Shown here piece by piece: positions 19,544 through 29,721 of a stretch of 64,000 nucleotides of DNA; position 1 is the first letter of the stretch, and each line of letters opens with the position of its first letter. The position numbers were made by a program, and so were the translations under genes. The stretch comes from a virus, in the IMG/VR virus record IMGVR_UViG_3300027804_000046, positions 64,001-128,000 of that record; one strand, 5' to 3'. The notes beneath the pieces were generated by a model. That model saw only the letters and a program-made list of their open reading frames with translations. It was not told where the DNA came from and did no database searches.

Positions 19544-22104
19544 TGTCCGACAACTTTTACACTAACGTTCAAGTGTATGGTTCCAGAATACTTTATAGAG
19601 GCATAGAAAACGGTAGGAAAGTAAGACGCAAGATAGATTACTTTCCTACTTTTTTTGTTCCCTCAAAAGAACCAACGGACTGGACAACCATTCATGGCAA
19701 GTATGTTTCTGAGTTGAAGCCCGGAAACATTCGTGAGGCTAGAGACTTTCTCAAGATGTATGAGGAAGTTGAAGGCTTTATTGTCTATGGCAATAACAGA
19801 TATGAATATGCTTTCATCGCAGAAACTTTCCCGAATGATGTTGATTGGGATATCTCTAAAATCAATGTGACAAACATCGATATCGAGGTCGGCTCAGAGA
19901 ATGGTTTTCCTGAACCGTCTCTGGCCAATGAACCAATTACAGCCATCACGTTCAAGAACAATCAAGGCAAGTTTATCGTATTTGGCTGCGGTAAGTTTAA
20001 CAACACCCGTGATGATGTCCAGTATATTCATTGTCGTGATGAGATTGACCTTATCAAGAGATTTATTGATGAGTGGTCTGGCGACTATCCTGATATCATC
20101 ACTGGTTGGAATGTAGAACGGTTCGATATCGTCTATCTCGTCAATCGCTTTCGCAAGTTGATGGGTGAAGAGTTTGCTAACAGACTATCACCTTGGAATG
20201 TTATCAATGAAGGCAAGACTACAAACAAGTTGGGTCAAGTAGAAACAATCTATCGCATTCTTGGCATCGCCACACTTGATTATATTGCCATGTATCGCAA
20301 GTTTGCTCCTGGTGGTCAGTCTCAGGAATCTTATTCACTCAACAATATTGCCAATGTAGAACTTGGCGAAAAGAAGTTGTCGTATGAAGAATATGGCAAT
20401 CTGCACAATCTCTACAAAGAGAACTATCAAAAGTTTATTGAGTATAACATCAAAGACGTTGAACTTGTTGACAAGATTGATGACAAGTTGAAACTCATTG
20501 AACTTGCTCTTACTCTTGCATACGACAGCAAAACTAATCCAGACGATTCCTTCTCACAGGTTCGTATGTGGGATGCTATCGTTTATAATCATCTTCGCAA
20601 GAAGAATATGGTTGTGGATCCTATTGTCAAGCACAGTAAAGATTCCGCATACGAAGGCGCACATGTGAAAGAACCTGTGCCTGGTCTGTATAAGTGGGTC
20701 GCATCATTCGACTTGAACAGTCTGTATCCACACTTAATTATGCAGTACAACATTTCGCCTGACACAATCATTGAACCAGAAGATTACACTCCTGGTCTGA
20801 GAATGTATGTGAAAGACAATCACTTTGAGGTTGATGAGTTTCTTGACCAAATAAACAACAACAATCAACTCAAGTATGAAAACGTGACTGTGACACCAAA
20901 CGGACATTTCTATCGTCGCACGAAGCAGGGTTTCTTGCCTGAGATTATGGAAACAATGTATAATGACCGCAGCGCATATAAGAAGAAGACTATTGCTGCC
21001 AAGAAAGAACTAGAGAAAGAAACTGATCCAGAAAAGAGAATTGAAATCGAAAAGCGTGTAGCACGATTCAATAATCTCCAGTTGGCTAAGAAGGTTTCTC
21101 TAAACTCTGCTTACGGCGCTCTCGGTAATCAATACTTCCGATACTTCGACGTTCGACAGGCCTCAGGCATCACGACTGCTGGTCAGTTGTCCATTCGTTG
21201 GATCGAAAAGAAACTAAATGAATATATGAACAAAATTCTAAAGACGGACAAAGAAGACTATGTTATCGCCTCGGATACGGATAGCATTTACCTCTGTCTT
21301 GATAAACTGGTCAGCAAGACTATTATTGAGCAGAGTCCAAATGCTACAACAAAACAAATTATCGCATTCATGGATAAGGTCTGCGAAAATAAAATTCAAC
21401 CGTTTATTGACTCTGCTTATGCTGAACTTGCTGAATATATTAATGCCTACGAACAAAAGATGCAAATGAAGCGTGAGGCTCTGGCCGACAAGGGTATCTG
21501 GACAGCCAAGAAGCGTTACATTCTGAATGTATACAATAACGAAGGTGTTGAATACGCAAAGCCCAAGCCGAAAGTCATGGGTCTTGAGATGATCAAGTCT
21601 TCCACTCCTGCATACTGCCGCAAGATTATGTGGGAAGCAATCGACATTGTTCTCAACAAGACTGAGAATGATTTGATTGGCATGATTGAAACATGGCGTC
21701 AAGAGTTTAGACATCAGAATATTTCAGACATTGCGTTTCCTCGTGGTGTAAATGGACTTGATAAGTTTGCTGACGCCAAGGCTATCTTTGGTAAGGGTTG
21801 CCCAATTCATGTGCGCGGTTCTTTGCTATATAACGATTTAATCAAGCGCAAGAAGTTGGACAAGACATATCAGGCAATCAAAGAGGGTGAGAAGATTAAG
21901 TTCATCTATCTCAAAGAGCCAAACACCATTCAGTCTAATGTCATCTCGTTTCCAACAATTGTGCCAAAAGAACTTGACATTGAGAAGTATATCGACTATG
22001 ATTTGCAGTTTGACAAATCTTTTCTAGAGCCATTGAAGATTATTCTTGATAGCATTGACTGGAAGACTGAACATGTATCTTCGCTTGAAGATTTCTTCAA
22101 CTAA
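19543..22104 (+). CDS. 43: Family B DNA polymerase (T4 gp43-like)
   Basis: DIEV exonuclease motif, SFDLNSLYP, KVSLNSAYG, DTDS and KKRY. Confidence 0.98.
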   Translation: MSDNFYTNVQVYGSRILYRGIENGRKVRRKIDYFPTFFVPSKEPTDWTTIHGKYVSELKPGNIREARDFLKMYEEVEGFIVYGNNRYEYAFIAETFPNDVDWDISKINVTNIDIEVGSENGFPEPSLANEPITAITFKNNQGKFIVFGCGKFNNTRDDVQYIHCRDEIDLIKRFIDEWSGDYPDIITGWNVERFDIVYLVNRFRKLMGEEFANRLSPWNVINEGKTTNKLGQVETIYRILGIATLDYIAMYRKFAPGGQSQESYSLNNIANVELGEKKLSYEEYGNLHNLYKENYQKFIEYNIKDVELVDKIDDKLKLIELALTLAYDSKTNPDDSFSQVRMWDAIVYNHLRKKNMVVDPIVKHSKDSAYEGAHVKEPVPGLYKWVASFDLNSLYPHLIMQYNISPDTIIEPEDYTPGLRMYVKDNHFEVDEFLDQINNNNQLKYENVTVTPNGHFYRRTKQGFLPEIMETMYNDRSAYKKKTIAAKKELEKETDPEKRIEIEKRVARFNNLQLAKKVSLNSAYGALGNQYFRYFDVRQASGITTAGQLSIRWIEKKLNEYMNKILKTDKEDYVIASDTDSIYLCLDKLVSKTIIEQSPNATTKQIIAFMDKVCENKIQPFIDSAYAELAEYINAYEQKMQMKREALADKGIWTAKKRYILNVYNNEGVEYAKPKPKVMGLEMIKSSTPAYCRKIMWEAIDIVLNKTENDLIGMIETWRQEFRHQNISDIAFPRGVNGLDKFADAKAIFGKGCPIHVRGSLLYNDLIKRKKLDKTYQAIKEGEKIKFIYLKEPNTIQSNVISFPTIVPKELDIEKYIDYDLQFDKSFLEPLKIILDSIDWKTEHVSSLEDFFN

Positions 22105-22112
22105 ATATATTG

Positions 22113-22910
22113 ATGCAATCACGTATCCTCACAATTCTTGTGTTCATCACAGGAATCGCAATATCTGCTGTAGCCGCTTATTATAGTATAATCGGTCTTA
22201 CATCCATCTTTGCTGGAGCATTCTGGCCTATTATCATCATGGGTTCAGTATTGGAAGTCGGCAAACTTGTAGCAACATCTTGGCTATACAATAACTGGAA
22301 ACAAGCGCCGTTTCTAATCAAGACTTATCTGTTTGCTGCTATCGGTGTATTGATGCTCATTACAAGCATGGGCATCTTTGGCTTTCTTTCCAAAGCACAC
22401 ATTGAACAACAGTTGCAACTCAATACTGGTGTGACAGAACAAGTTGAAATACTGAATAGCGAAATCACTCTGCAACAGGAACGCATCGCAGACTTAGACA
22501 AACAGATAAAAGTGATAGACGATTCAATCAATAAGATGATTGAAAAGGGACAAACAAAATCTTCTCTAGCCGCAGCAAAGCAACAGAAAGAAACTCGCCA
22601 AGCTTTAGTCGATGAAAAGAAAACAGAAACAGATAAACTATCACAAATGAAATCTCAGCGCATAAAGTTGGAATCTGAGTTCAAGAAAATAGAAGCAGAA
22701 GTCGGACCAATCAAGTATGTTGCCGAACTAATTTACGGCTCATCCGATCAAGAAATAGTTGACAAAGCCATCAGATTTGTTATAATGCTGCTCATATTCG
22801 TGTTTGATCCGTTGGCAATATTACTTCTGTTAGCCTTCAATATATCCGCAGCACAGAATAGACGAATTGAATTTTTAGATATGGAAGAATTAGAGAATGA
22901 CAAAAGATGA
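22113..22910 (+). CDS. Membrane-anchored coiled-coil protein
   Basis: Three N-terminal hydrophobic segments, a coiled coil, then EVGPIKY..FVFDPLA; CTAAATA late promoter at 22101. Confidence 0.75.
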   Translation: MQSRILTILVFITGIAISAVAAYYSIIGLTSIFAGAFWPIIIMGSVLEVGKLVATSWLYNNWKQAPFLIKTYLFAAIGVLMLITSMGIFGFLSKAHIEQQLQLNTGVTEQVEILNSEITLQQERIADLDKQIKVIDDSINKMIEKGQTKSSLAAAKQQKETRQALVDEKKTETDKLSQMKSQRIKLESEFKKIEAEVGPIKYVAELIYGSSDQEIVDKAIRFVIMLLIFVFDPLAILLLLAFNISAAQNRRIEFLDMEELENDKR

Positions 22911-23286
22911 TTATGACGATTTTCATAAAGTGTTGGAAGACATTGTAGCATCAAGGAAGTATCTTGATGGTGCATCTAGACCTTGGGGTCGCTGGTATGT
23001 CCTAGATGTGGATCAGGGATTCAAGGTAAAGAAACTGGAAATTCTACCAGATCAGGCTATCTCACTACAGTATCACATCCATCGTACAGAAACCTGGACG
23101 ATTGTTCAAGGCGAAGGCAAAGTGATTGTTGATGGTAATGTGTTTTCTGTCAAGAAGGGCGACACGTTCTTTGTGCCAAGACAGGGCATTCACAAAATCA
23201 CAAATACACATCTCAAGGAAATTTTAATTGCAATTGAGGTGCAAATCGGCGAAATTTGCAGAGAGGACGATATCGTTCGCTGCTAA
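22897..23286 (+). CDS. Mannose-6-phosphate isomerase type II cupin
   Basis: RPWGRW, SLQYHIHRTETW and IEVQIG..EDDIVR. Confidence 0.85.
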   Translation: MTKDDYDDFHKVLEDIVASRKYLDGASRPWGRWYVLDVDQGFKVKKLEILPDQAISLQYHIHRTETWTIVQGEGKVIVDGNVFSVKKGDTFFVPRQGIHKITNTHLKEILIAIEVQIGEICREDDIVRC

Positions 23287-23337
23287 ATACAGCGTCACGG
23301 AGAATCGTGACGTTCAACATAATATAGGAGAATCTAT

Positions 23338-24390
23338 ATGTCAAACATGTTTACTTCCTTACTCAAGGAGATTGATAATGAATATGCGGGAATTGCAGAC
23401 GAAGGTATCGAAGCTGGTGATGTCACTGGGTTCATTGGTACTGGCTCTTATAGTCTCAATGCTCTACTTAGCGGTAGCATTTACGGTGGCTTACCTGCAA
23501 ACAAGGTCACAGCACTCGCAGGTGAACCCTCAACCGGCAAGACCTTTTACACAATCAACATTGTCAGACAATTCCTCAGAGACAATAAAGATGGATTCGT
23601 CTTCTACTTTGAATCAGAATCCGCTATATCTAAGCAAATGCTTTCAGACAGAAACGTTGACACAAAGCGAGTTGCAGTTGTGCCAGTCGCAACTATCCAA
23701 GAATTTAGAACTCAAGCCGTAAAAATCCTCGACAAGTATATCGAAGACAAAGAGAAGAAGGATCGCCCGCCGATGCTCTTTGTTCTAGATTCACTCGGCA
23801 ATCTTTCTACAGACAAAGAGATGGCCGACATTGCAGACGGCAAAGACACACGCGACATGACACGCGCACAACTTGTTCGTGGTGCATTCCGTGTTCTTAC
23901 ACTCAAGCTTGGTAAGGCTAAAGTACCGCTCATCGTGACCAATCACGTTTATGATGTAGTTGGTTCGTATGTTCCGACCAAGAAGATGGGTGGCGGTTCT
24001 GGTCTTGAGTATGCTGCATCGACCATTCTGTTTCTGTCAAAGAAGAAAGACAAGGACAAGGACGGTAGCGTATCTGGTGCAATCATCACGGCCAATCTCA
24101 AGAAGGCTCGTCTGACGATTGAGAACAAGAAGGTCGAAACTCTGCTTGACTATTCTTACGGACTTGATCCATACTACGGTCTTATTGATTTGGCTGAAAA
24201 GTTTGGTATCATGAAGAAGGTAGCAAACAAGTATGAAATGCCAGATGGCTCTAAGGCTTTCGAGTCTGTCATTCAATTAAATCCAGAAAAGTATTTTACA
24301 AAGGACATCATGGACAAAATTGATGAAGCATGTAAGAATGAGTTTCTTTATGGTAAGTCCAATGTCACAGATACGGAGGAATCTGAATGA
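23338..24390 (+). CDS. uvsX: UvsX RecA-like recombinase
   Basis: AGEPSTGKT, FESE, LDSLGNL and MGGGSGLEYAAS. Confidence 0.95.
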   Translation: MSNMFTSLLKEIDNEYAGIADEGIEAGDVTGFIGTGSYSLNALLSGSIYGGLPANKVTALAGEPSTGKTFYTINIVRQFLRDNKDGFVFYFESESAISKQMLSDRNVDTKRVAVVPVATIQEFRTQAVKILDKYIEDKEKKDRPPMLFVLDSLGNLSTDKEMADIADGKDTRDMTRAQLVRGAFRVLTLKLGKAKVPLIVTNHVYDVVGSYVPTKKMGGGSGLEYAASTILFLSKKKDKDKDGSVSGAIITANLKKARLTIENKKVETLLDYSYGLDPYYGLIDLAEKFGIMKKVANKYEMPDGSKAFESVIQLNPEKYFTKDIMDKIDEACKNEFLYGKSNVTDTEESE

Positions 24391-24746
24391 TTTTAGGTAC
24401 AGATTTCCGATTCAGTAATGTCTATAATACGGACACAACTGCTATTCAGTTATTGACAGAAGCATACAAAGATGTTATATTTCGTTTTACGAACGTAGGC
24501 ATTCGTGAAAATCCAGAAGATGGAAATGCCACTCTTCGGTTCTCTTACGAAATACTTTCATCAGGTAAGTTCAAAGAAGAGTTGCTGCGTAAGGATAAGT
24601 ATTTCGAACAGCATCTTGGTTTGATATTGAATACTTTAATCATAGACATTGCGGAGTTAGATGGTGCAGATAGAGAAAGTTATATTGAAGAATCTGGTGA
24701 AGAACGAATCGTTCACGCGAAGGGTTCTGCCATTTCTCAAGAGTGA
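24387..24746 (+). CDS. Protein at the gp40 syntenic position
   Basis: Lies between uvsX and the helicase and overlaps the helicase start, as T4 gene 40 does. Confidence 0.55.
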   Translation: MILGTDFRFSNVYNTDTTAIQLLTEAYKDVIFRFTNVGIRENPEDGNATLRFSYEILSSGKFKEELLRKDKYFEQHLGLILNTLIIDIAELDGADRESYIEESGEERIVHAKGSAISQE

Positions 24747-26031
24747 ATACTTCACGAACGAAGTTGAACGTAACATCTTCAACGAAATTCGTGACTTCAC
24801 TATCAAGTATAACAATCTACCTACCACAGACGCATTGCTGATTGAAGTTGATTCGCTTCGCGGATTGACAGCAGACCAGGCCAGAGACGCATCTACTCTC
24901 ATCAAAGACCTCAACGCTGATGAAGTCGATACAAATGCAGACTGGCTTCTTGACAGCACCGAAAAGTTCTGTCAAGAGAAAGCAATCTATAATGCAATCA
25001 TGCAGTCTATCGAAATCATGAACAACAAGGGTGGCACTCTCACAAAGGGTGCCATCCCTGACCTATTGACACAAGCACTTGCTGTCACTTTTGATCCAAA
25101 TGTCGGTCATGATTATCTTGAAGACTTTGAAGAACGATTCGAATACTATCATCGTGTCGAACACAAGATTCCTTTTGACCTAGATTTCTTCAACAAGATT
25201 ACCAAGAATGGTTTCAGTCGTAAGACACTCAACATCTTTTTGGCTGGTACTGGTGTCGGTAAGTCTCTGACTATGTGTCATATTGCAGCCGCTTGTTTGG
25301 CTCAAGGCAAGAATGTGTTGTATATCACTCTTGAGTTGGCCGAAGAAGAAGTTGCAAAGCGTATTGACGCAAATCTCATGAACATTACGATTGATGACTT
25401 GCTTCAACTTCCTCGTGATTTGTATTTGAAGAAAGCTTCCGTTCTCAAGAACAAGGCACAGGGAAAACTTATCGTCAAGGAATATCCAACCGCAGCGGCC
25501 TCTACTCTACATTTCAAGGCATTGCTGAATGAGTTGCACTTGAAGAAGTCGTTCAAGCCAGATATCATCTTTGTTGACTATCTCAATATATGTGCATCTT
25601 CACGCATCAAGCCTGGCGGTAATGTAAACAGTTACACATACATCAAGTCTATCGCAGAAGAGTTGCGCGGTCTTGCTGTAGAGTTTGAAGTGCCAGTTGT
25701 TTCGGCCACTCAGACAAACAGAACTGGCTTTACAAGTTCAGACGTTGGTCTTGAAGATACTTCCGAATCGTTTGGTCTTCCTGCTACTGCTGACTTTATG
25801 GCAGCCTTGATTTCTACCGAGCAACTACAAGAACTAAATCAGATAATGGTAAAGCAGTTGAAGAACCGATATTCTGATCCGACTCAGAACAAGAGATTTG
25901 TTATCGGTATCGACAAAGCAAAGATGAAGTTGTATGATGTAGAACAATCCGCTCAGATAGATATTGTTGATAGTGGTCAAGTTCCACAGACAAATAGTTC
26001 AAAAGATAAGTTCAAAAGTCTAAAGGTGTGA
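24661..26031 (+). CDS. 41: Replicative helicase (T4 gp41-like)
   Basis: LAGTGVGKS, YITLE, VDYLNI, SATQTNR, SESFGLPATAD and KQLKNRY. Confidence 0.96.
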   Translation: MVQIEKVILKNLVKNESFTRRVLPFLKSEYFTNEVERNIFNEIRDFTIKYNNLPTTDALLIEVDSLRGLTADQARDASTLIKDLNADEVDTNADWLLDSTEKFCQEKAIYNAIMQSIEIMNNKGGTLTKGAIPDLLTQALAVTFDPNVGHDYLEDFEERFEYYHRVEHKIPFDLDFFNKITKNGFSRKTLNIFLAGTGVGKSLTMCHIAAACLAQGKNVLYITLELAEEEVAKRIDANLMNITIDDLLQLPRDLYLKKASVLKNKAQGKLIVKEYPTAAASTLHFKALLNELHLKKSFKPDIIFVDYLNICASSRIKPGGNVNSYTYIKSIAEELRGLAVEFEVPVVSATQTNRTGFTSSDVGLEDTSESFGLPATADFMAALISTEQLQELNQIMVKQLKNRYSDPTQNKRFVIGIDKAKMKLYDVEQSAQIDIVDSGQVPQTNSSKDKFKSLKV

Positions 26032-26032
26032 C

Positions 26033-26275
26033 ATGACAAGCGACAAGATAGAACTAAGGCAAAAGTTCAAAGAAGTAAGCACGGATGATCCCAAGGAGAT
26101 GACCGACGAAGACTTTGAGATTATATGGGCAAAAGAGTGTATGTTATTTTATGGTCGGATATTGACTGGAGAAAAACGACACTATTGTCCTGAGTGGGAC
26201 TTTATGCCGATAGACGAAACTTGTGAATTTGAATTTGAAGCCTGCAACTGCTATCTGGAGAAAAAGAATGGATAA
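26033..26275 (+). CDS. Hypothetical protein
   Basis: 80-aa ORF. Confidence 0.6.
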   Translation: MTSDKIELRQKFKEVSTDDPKEMTDEDFEIIWAKECMLFYGRILTGEKRHYCPEWDFMPIDETCEFEFEACNCYLEKKNG

Positions 26276-26504
26276 CTACTACGTTCTGCCACTTGAAGTC
26301 AATTCCGATTTCATCTGGTGCGTCATGGAAAACAAGACCGAGCAACTGATTAAGGCTTTTGAGTTCGAGGAAGATGCATTAGACTATGCTAATTTTCTGG
26401 AATCAGGCGGTGCCTTTGACGGATTCACTCCGACGTTTGTACTACGGGAAGTTGTATTCGCACGGAATGTCAACGCCGACTTCTCCGACTTCATTTCTGC
26501 TTAA
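26268..26504 (+). CDS. Hypothetical protein
   Basis: GGAG SD; GGAFDGFTP. Confidence 0.65.
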   Translation: MDNYYVLPLEVNSDFIWCVMENKTEQLIKAFEFEEDALDYANFLESGGAFDGFTPTFVLREVVFARNVNADFSDFISA

Positions 26505-26614
26505 AACTCGGTAGGAATGGGCTGGAAAAGCGACTGACCAGCGGGTAGTACGGATATATCTGGCTGGATCCACCCGCTCCAGCCCTCTCCTCCTGCGTCT
26601 GGACCGACCTCAAT

Positions 26615-26657
26615 AAAATCAATCACTTAGCCGAACGACAAATCAAGCACTTAGCCC
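26615..26657 (+). repeat. Direct repeat AAATCAAnCACTTAGCC (two copies)
   Basis: aaatcaatcacttagcc and aaatcaagcacttagcc in a non-coding gap. Confidence 0.75.
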
Positions 26658-26825
26658 ATGCTCTGGATGCATAGCAGGTATGCAAAAGGAACCCTTGAAA
26701 AACCGACTTGCCATCCCCATCTATAGTGTATGAGACGATCCAACGACTATCAGCCAGACATGCGTTCCGTGCATAGCAGGGTTGCGTTTGCTGCTCTTGA
26801 TAATCTGATCGACCGACACTATATT
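26658..26825 (+). promoter_or_regulatory. Two promoters, each preceded by an ATGC-N7-GCATAGCAG motif
   Basis: CTTGAAA-N14-CCCCATCTA (26694-26723) and TTGATA-N17-TATATT (26797-26825). Confidence 0.65.
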
Positions 26826-26849
26826 ATGAGTATGAGAAAGAGAGAGCCG

Positions 26850-27038
26850 ATGACCTTTGATGAAGCCGTTGAGATTGTGAAGAACTATACTGGTTGCGGT
26901 AACCTTCTACTCGACGGTCTTGAGCAGATCAAGCATGAAATGCAGCAGGAAGACGCCGATGACTGGCTTAGCCAGCGTGAGAAAGCAGCTTATCGCCTCA
27001 TCTGCGCCAAAATGCGTCCCCTCTTCTTTGGAGAATAA
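26850..27038 (+). CDS. Hypothetical early protein
   Basis: First ORF after the promoter pair. Confidence 0.65.
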   Translation: MTFDEAVEIVKNYTGCGNLLLDGLEQIKHEMQQEDADDWLSQREKAAYRLICAKMRPLFFGE

Positions 27039-27039
27039 C

Positions 27040-27465
27040 ATGACCCTTGCTGAATACCTTGCCGCCCTCAATGCTGAAAAGCTGGCTTGGATCGCCGAAG
27101 ATCCAGACAATCGTTGGACGGGTCTCTATGTCGAGGAACTTGATTTCTGGACCGAGATGGGTGTTACCACCGTGCGTGACTTCAAGCGTTACGAAAACGA
27201 AACCTTGTTCTGGGAAATGTATAAGGAAGTAGTTGGTTTCCGTCCGCGTCATATCGACGTAAAGTCAATGTCGGATGCTGAACTGGAAGATTATCTGGAT
27301 TACCTCGGTAAGCAGATGGCAGCCCAGATCGCCGCTGACGCTGAGTGGCAAAAGCAGGAAGAAGAATATCGCCTTGAAGAAGAGGCAAAGCGGGCCGCGT
27401 GGCTTGCTGAACAGCCTGAGACCATTGACTATGTGGCTCACAACTATCAGGAAGGTTGGCTCTAA
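27040..27465 (+). CDS. Hypothetical early protein
   Basis: GGAG SD; YKEVVGFRPR motif. Confidence 0.75.
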   Translation: MTLAEYLAALNAEKLAWIAEDPDNRWTGLYVEELDFWTEMGVTTVRDFKRYENETLFWEMYKEVVGFRPRHIDVKSMSDAELEDYLDYLGKQMAAQIAADAEWQKQEEEYRLEEEAKRAAWLAEQPETIDYVAHNYQEGWL

Positions 27466-27662
27466 TGTTTAAGCGTTTCATTAGTTGGTTCAAGATCCGT
27501 TTCATCTTTTCGGACCAGCAACTAATGGATGCCGTCGATATGGTCGACCGTGTTGATCCTAATCTGCTCAATGATGAAAATCTTTGGCAACAAGCCCAGA
27601 GTGCGCGGATCTATATCATCAGAGAATTGATCCGTCGCGGTCACTATGAATACATCATATAA
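27465..27662 (+). CDS. Hypothetical protein
   Basis: Coupled start (TAATG). Confidence 0.55.
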   Translation: MFKRFISWFKIRFIFSDQQLMDAVDMVDRVDPNLLNDENLWQQAQSARIYIIRELIRRGHYEYII

Positions 27663-27675
27663 TAAGGATTTAGGA

Positions 27676-27822
27676 ATGCTTAGATTTCTGCTCGGTATGG
27701 TTCTCGGCGCTTCGGCCACGACTGGACTTGGACTCCAGATGGTTATGGGTGCAATCGGTCTCGGTCTTATGGCTTGGGGCTTCTATGTGATGTATATGAA
27801 CGGAGAGTTAATGAGTGACTAA
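27676..27822 (+). CDS. Small membrane protein (48 aa)
   Basis: MLRFLLGMVLGASATTGLGLQMVMGAIGLGLMAWGFY; hydrophobic. Confidence 0.55.
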   Translation: MLRFLLGMVLGASATTGLGLQMVMGAIGLGLMAWGFYVMYMNGELMSD

Positions 27823-28030
27823 CACCTGCCTGCATTTCGTTGGTTTCAAGGATGAGAGATATCTGGCTGCCGTGCGTTTGTTCGGGCAGCCAGATTTCAT
27901 TCATCCTGGTTGGGATCTCCGTGCTTTTCGTGAGATTGCACCAGGCGATACGGTTGTGTTTGCAAATGGCGATCATACACAGGCGCCGCGTAATAAGTCT
28001 TACAGTGACATAAAGGAACCCAATGTTTAG
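27815..28030 (+). CDS. Hypothetical protein
   Basis: HFVGF..FGQPDFIH..WD.RA pattern. Confidence 0.65.
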   Translation: MTNTCLHFVGFKDERYLAAVRLFGQPDFIHPGWDLRAFREIAPGDTVVFANGDHTQAPRNKSYSDIKEPNV

Positions 28031-28298
28031 AGTGCAAAAGGAAGAATATCATACTGGTTTTCAAATGATCTTTGAAAATGGTTGGACGGTATCGGTTCAG
28101 TTCGGTCGTGGAAACTATTGTAAGAATCGTTCCATGAAATTTGTTGGACAAGAACCTGTTTACAAATCGCCCGATGCCGAGGTTGCTGCATGGGATGAGA
28201 ACGGTGTGTGGTATCGGTTTGATGAGGGCGATTCCGTGAAGGGCTGGTGCAAGCCTGACGAGGTCGCCGACTTCATCGCTAAGGTAAAGGCATTCTAA
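28023..28298 (+). CDS. Hypothetical protein
   Basis: FENGWTVSVQFG..YC pattern; AAGGA SD. Confidence 0.7.
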   Translation: MFRVQKEEYHTGFQMIFENGWTVSVQFGRGNYCKNRSMKFVGQEPVYKSPDAEVAAWDENGVWYRFDEGDSVKGWCKPDEVADFIAKVKAF

Positions 28299-28834
28299 TG
28301 AAAATCAACATTCGCGGTAAGACTTCGGCCATGTGTAAGGCCGAAATCAAGTTTGCTACAATCTTCTTTGCTCAGTATATCATGAGCAAGAGACTGCTAG
28401 AAAATATTCAGGTCGATATCTGCTTTGAGAAACAAGGCAAGTATGCACAGGGTCATTGTTTTTCTTATGATGATGGTCCGCGCCCGCGAATGTTTGAAAT
28501 CGGTATCAATTCAAAACTGTCCCGATACAAGATGCTGCAATGCCTCGCGCATGAGATTGTCCATATGAAGCAATATGCGAAAGGCGAGTTGCGACACGAA
28601 CTAATCACAGCCAAGTGGCAGGGCAAGACCTACAAGATTACCAATTCTTTCGAGGACTATCTAAACTGGCCTTGGGAAATTGAAGCGTATGGTCGCGACC
28701 GTTCGCTATATCTGCTCTATTCTTGTGTCCTGAAACAGGAAAAGATTAAGTTCAAGCACGGGTATCCTTATATTCGTGGAAAACGTCTGACAAAAAAGAT
28801 GTTGACATCCTTCAAGACAACTGCTAAGATTTGA
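28298..28834 (+). CDS. Putative zinc metallopeptidase
   Basis: LAHEIVHMKQ...PWEIEA (HExxH). Confidence 0.7.
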   Translation: MKINIRGKTSAMCKAEIKFATIFFAQYIMSKRLLENIQVDICFEKQGKYAQGHCFSYDDGPRPRMFEIGINSKLSRYKMLQCLAHEIVHMKQYAKGELRHELITAKWQGKTYKITNSFEDYLNWPWEIEAYGRDRSLYLLYSCVLKQEKIKFKHGYPYIRGKRLTKKMLTSFKTTAKI

Positions 28835-29067
28835 CCATGATGACAAATGATTGGAAACCGAACGTTGGCGATCTGCTGCATGTCCGTACTGAATATAAGT
28901 ATGGTTGTCGGCATGACATTCTCATCAAGAGTGGAAGGGTAGTGAAAAGTGAGCGATACGATCCAAAAAATACTTTTCGTCTATACACTGGCAATCCTCA
29001 GTATCCCGTTTCTATCATCGCATTGGAACGAGTCACTGGTGTTAAGATTCGCAAAGGTGCAGCATAA
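28831..29067 (+). CDS. Hypothetical protein
   Basis: 78-aa ORF. Confidence 0.55.
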   Translation: MTMMTNDWKPNVGDLLHVRTEYKYGCRHDILIKSGRVVKSERYDPKNTFRLYTGNPQYPVSIIALERVTGVKIRKGAA

Positions 29068-29255
29068 TGGTTAGGTCATATGAAGTAGATTTTTCTGTAG
29101 TTGACAACCGCGTCGGCTTCATGCTATATTGCTTTGAAGAAGATGATTGCATCTGGGAACAGTTTTTCCTGGACAGCGATGATGCACACAAGACTGGTCA
29201 TCGTTTTCTTGATGGCTGTTACATCAGAGGCTTTCCTGTTGATCAGGTAGCATAA
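29067..29255 (+). CDS. Hypothetical protein
   Basis: Coupled start; 62 aa. Confidence 0.55.
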   Translation: MVRSYEVDFSVVDNRVGFMLYCFEEDDCIWEQFFLDSDDAHKTGHRFLDGCYIRGFPVDQVA

Positions 29256-29267
29256 ATAAAGTTCAAT

Positions 29268-29344
29268 GGCTCCGTAACTCAACTGGATAGAGTGTCAGAC
29301 TTCTAATCTGAATGCTGGGGGTTCAAGTCCCTCCGGAGTCGCCA
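29268..29344 (+). tRNA. tRNA-Arg(TCT)
   Basis: TCAGA-cttctaa-TCTGA arm; CCA end. Confidence 0.92.
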
Positions 29345-29368
29345 ATTAAAGTATAATGGAGAAAGTGA

Positions 29369-29635
29369 ATGTCCGCACCAAAGACTAAATCTGCTTACAC
29401 CTCAAAGGGTGAGCGTGAAGCAAATCGACAGATTTCTAAGGCCATCAAGCGTGATCGGTCTGCTATTGTAAAGTGGACAATCTTACAGAAGGCTTGGTTG
29501 AAGGGTAAGAATCCTTGGTTGTCTGTTCCAAATGAGAACACGGCCGATACTCGCGCACGGTTCGTTCGCGTCCGCGCAGATACATATTGGGGTGATCCTC
29601 GCAAGGGATTCATTCACGGGTCAAGCAAGGACTAA
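29369..29635 (+). CDS. Hypothetical basic protein
   Basis: GGAG SD; AWLKGKNPWLSVPN. Confidence 0.7.
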   Translation: MSAPKTKSAYTSKGEREANRQISKAIKRDRSAIVKWTILQKAWLKGKNPWLSVPNENTADTRARFVRVRADTYWGDPRKGFIHGSSKD

Positions 29636-29641
29636 AATAAA

Positions 29642-29717
29642 GCCCCTTTAGCCCAGCGGTAGAGGCAGAGGACTTAAAATCCTTCAAGGGTCAGTTCGAA
29701 TCTGACAAGGGGCACCA
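29642..29717 (+). tRNA. tRNA-Leu(TAA), short variable arm
   Basis: GAGGA-cttaaaa-TCCTT arm; CCA end. Confidence 0.88.
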
Positions 29718-29721
29718 ACTC

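Noticed and set aside
23228-23722. 164-aa ORF overlapping uvsX
   Set aside because: It is an alternate-frame overlap with a conserved gene and has no SD or motif support.
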